A stretch of 32,000 nt of DNA from Wolbachia endosymbiont strain TRS of Brugia malayi. Lineage in GTDB: Bacteria > Pseudomonadota > Alphaproteobacteria > Rickettsiales > Anaplasmataceae. Positions 30,927-32,000 of this stretch are shown here, piece by piece. Where the stretch lies: assembly GCF_000008385.1 (NCBI RefSeq), contig NC_006833.1, forward strand, positions 120,001-152,000, written 5' to 3'. The notes beneath the pieces were generated by a model. It saw nothing but the letters and a program-made list of their open reading frames with translations, was not told the origin of the DNA and made no database searches. A program made the position numbers and the translations under genes. Each line of letters starts with the position of its first letter. The first letter of the stretch is position 1.

Positions 30927-32000
30927 TTACTTACAATTTAGTAGTTCTCCAAAGTCAATTATGTTTAAAAATTAATCTCTGTCTATAACATCATCACTTG
31001 TCCATTAATGTGAATAAGGACTGGATGGCATGAAAAGCCTTTAGGATGCTTTAGTGTATCTATTTTCTTTTGTACTTCTTACATTATTGAATGACCAATT
31101 CTATTTTTTGAAAACTTGATTTCGCAAATGTAAAGAGTGTTAAATTTAGTTCGAATTATATAATCAATTTGATAAATAGCACTATTACCTGTCTTCCTCT
31201 GGAAAAATAGATTTTCGCTTATTATTTCATCAATTCCTAAGATATTAGGTATGCTCTTTCTATTGTTAAGCATCAAATTTTCAAATTGAAGTCCGATGAT
31301 TGTATGCCCCTCTGGTAGAGATGCAAGTAGTCCCATAGAGTAGTGCTAAGATTAATTTTCCTAGATTTTTTTAATATATTTCAGATAAAACCTTAAATAA
31401 TTATCTTGAAGTCTGCAGCTCCTTAATCGTGAATCAGTACCTGCTTGCATATTCCAAGTGTGATCCTTTGCAATAAAAAACAGGCAAGCTCAAGCTCATG
31501 TAGATACTTAGAAATGCGTCCATGTTGCAATATCTAAACTAAAAAGACACCTTTTGTAAAACAAAGCTTTTTGATATTTTCTTTAGCACAGTGTTTAAAA
31601 TTTACCTCTTCTAAATACTTCATAATTCCACCAATTACTGCAAGTACCTTAAATTTTTCATATGCTGAAATATTTTTTGGCCAAAACCTATTGCAATCAG
31701 AAAGTAATAACTCCTTAAGCGTTATAGTCAATAATATCCTTCCTACAAAACTAGCACTATTAAGTATATTTTTTTCGATCCAGGATGAAGCCGATCCACA
31801 AATAACAAAAATTAGCTTGGTATTATTTTTTAGCTGTGTATCCTAAAAATTCTTTATTTATCCTAAAAAAGTTGGATCTTTTGAGCCCATCCAAGAAATT
31901 TCATCAAAAAGTAATAACATTTTTCCAGATAGTAGATATTTACCAACTGTTCACAGTAAATCACTCCAATCACCATATCTAGCAAAAGACGTGCTAAATT
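30927..32000 (-). pseudogene. AAA-family ATPase remnant (ATPase with C-terminal DUF234-type domain); 5' end outside window
   Basis: Minus strand: LLFDEISWMGSKDPTFLG, KLIFVICGSASSWIEKNIL, MTITLKELLLSDCNRFWPKNISAYEKFKVLAVIGGIMKYLEEV, FENLMLNNRKSIPNILGIDEIISENLFFQRKTG...QIDYIIRTKFNTLYICEIKFSKNRIGHSIM*EVQKKIDTLKHPKGFSCHPVLIHINGQV, in several frames. Confidence 0.82.

Noticed and set aside
1-32000. CRISPR array or defence system
   Set aside because: No regularly spaced short direct repeats and no cas, restriction-modification or known toxin-antitoxin gene signatures seen by eye. The repeats found are long, diverged and dispersed.

Overview
AT-rich window that looks like a Rickettsiales endosymbiont chromosome, most likely Wolbachia. 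That assignment is inference from gene content, a WSP/P44-type surface antigen, ANK, IS66 and prophage relics, and dispersed intergenic repeats. Apparently intact core genes: clpA (3' end only), class I fructose-bisphosphate aldolase, tRNA-Cys(GCA), pyrD, rnc, an outer-membrane surface antigen, mtaB, gatC, prs, rsmH, sucB, tsaB, a P-loop protein, map, ftsA, def and a family 4/5-type uracil-DNA glycosylase. Between them is a heavily decayed accessory layer: PLD nuclease, CTP/S41 protease, secretin split by one in-frame TAG, MFS transporter, possible secreted-effector relic, ftsL-like relic, ankyrin protein, IS66, class II aldolase with one in-frame TAA, DAACS symporter, phage terminase and AAA/DUF234-type ATPase. 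At least five copies of a 0.3-0.5 kb intergenic repeat with internal ~135-154 bp tandem units recur on both strands, and a separate ~156 bp element occurs twice in inverted orientation. I found no CRISPR array, defence island or clear intact novel system. The most interesting signals are the repeat family, the two single-nonsense genes, the ftsL-like relic after rsmH and the effector-like relic at about 14.7-15.5 kb.
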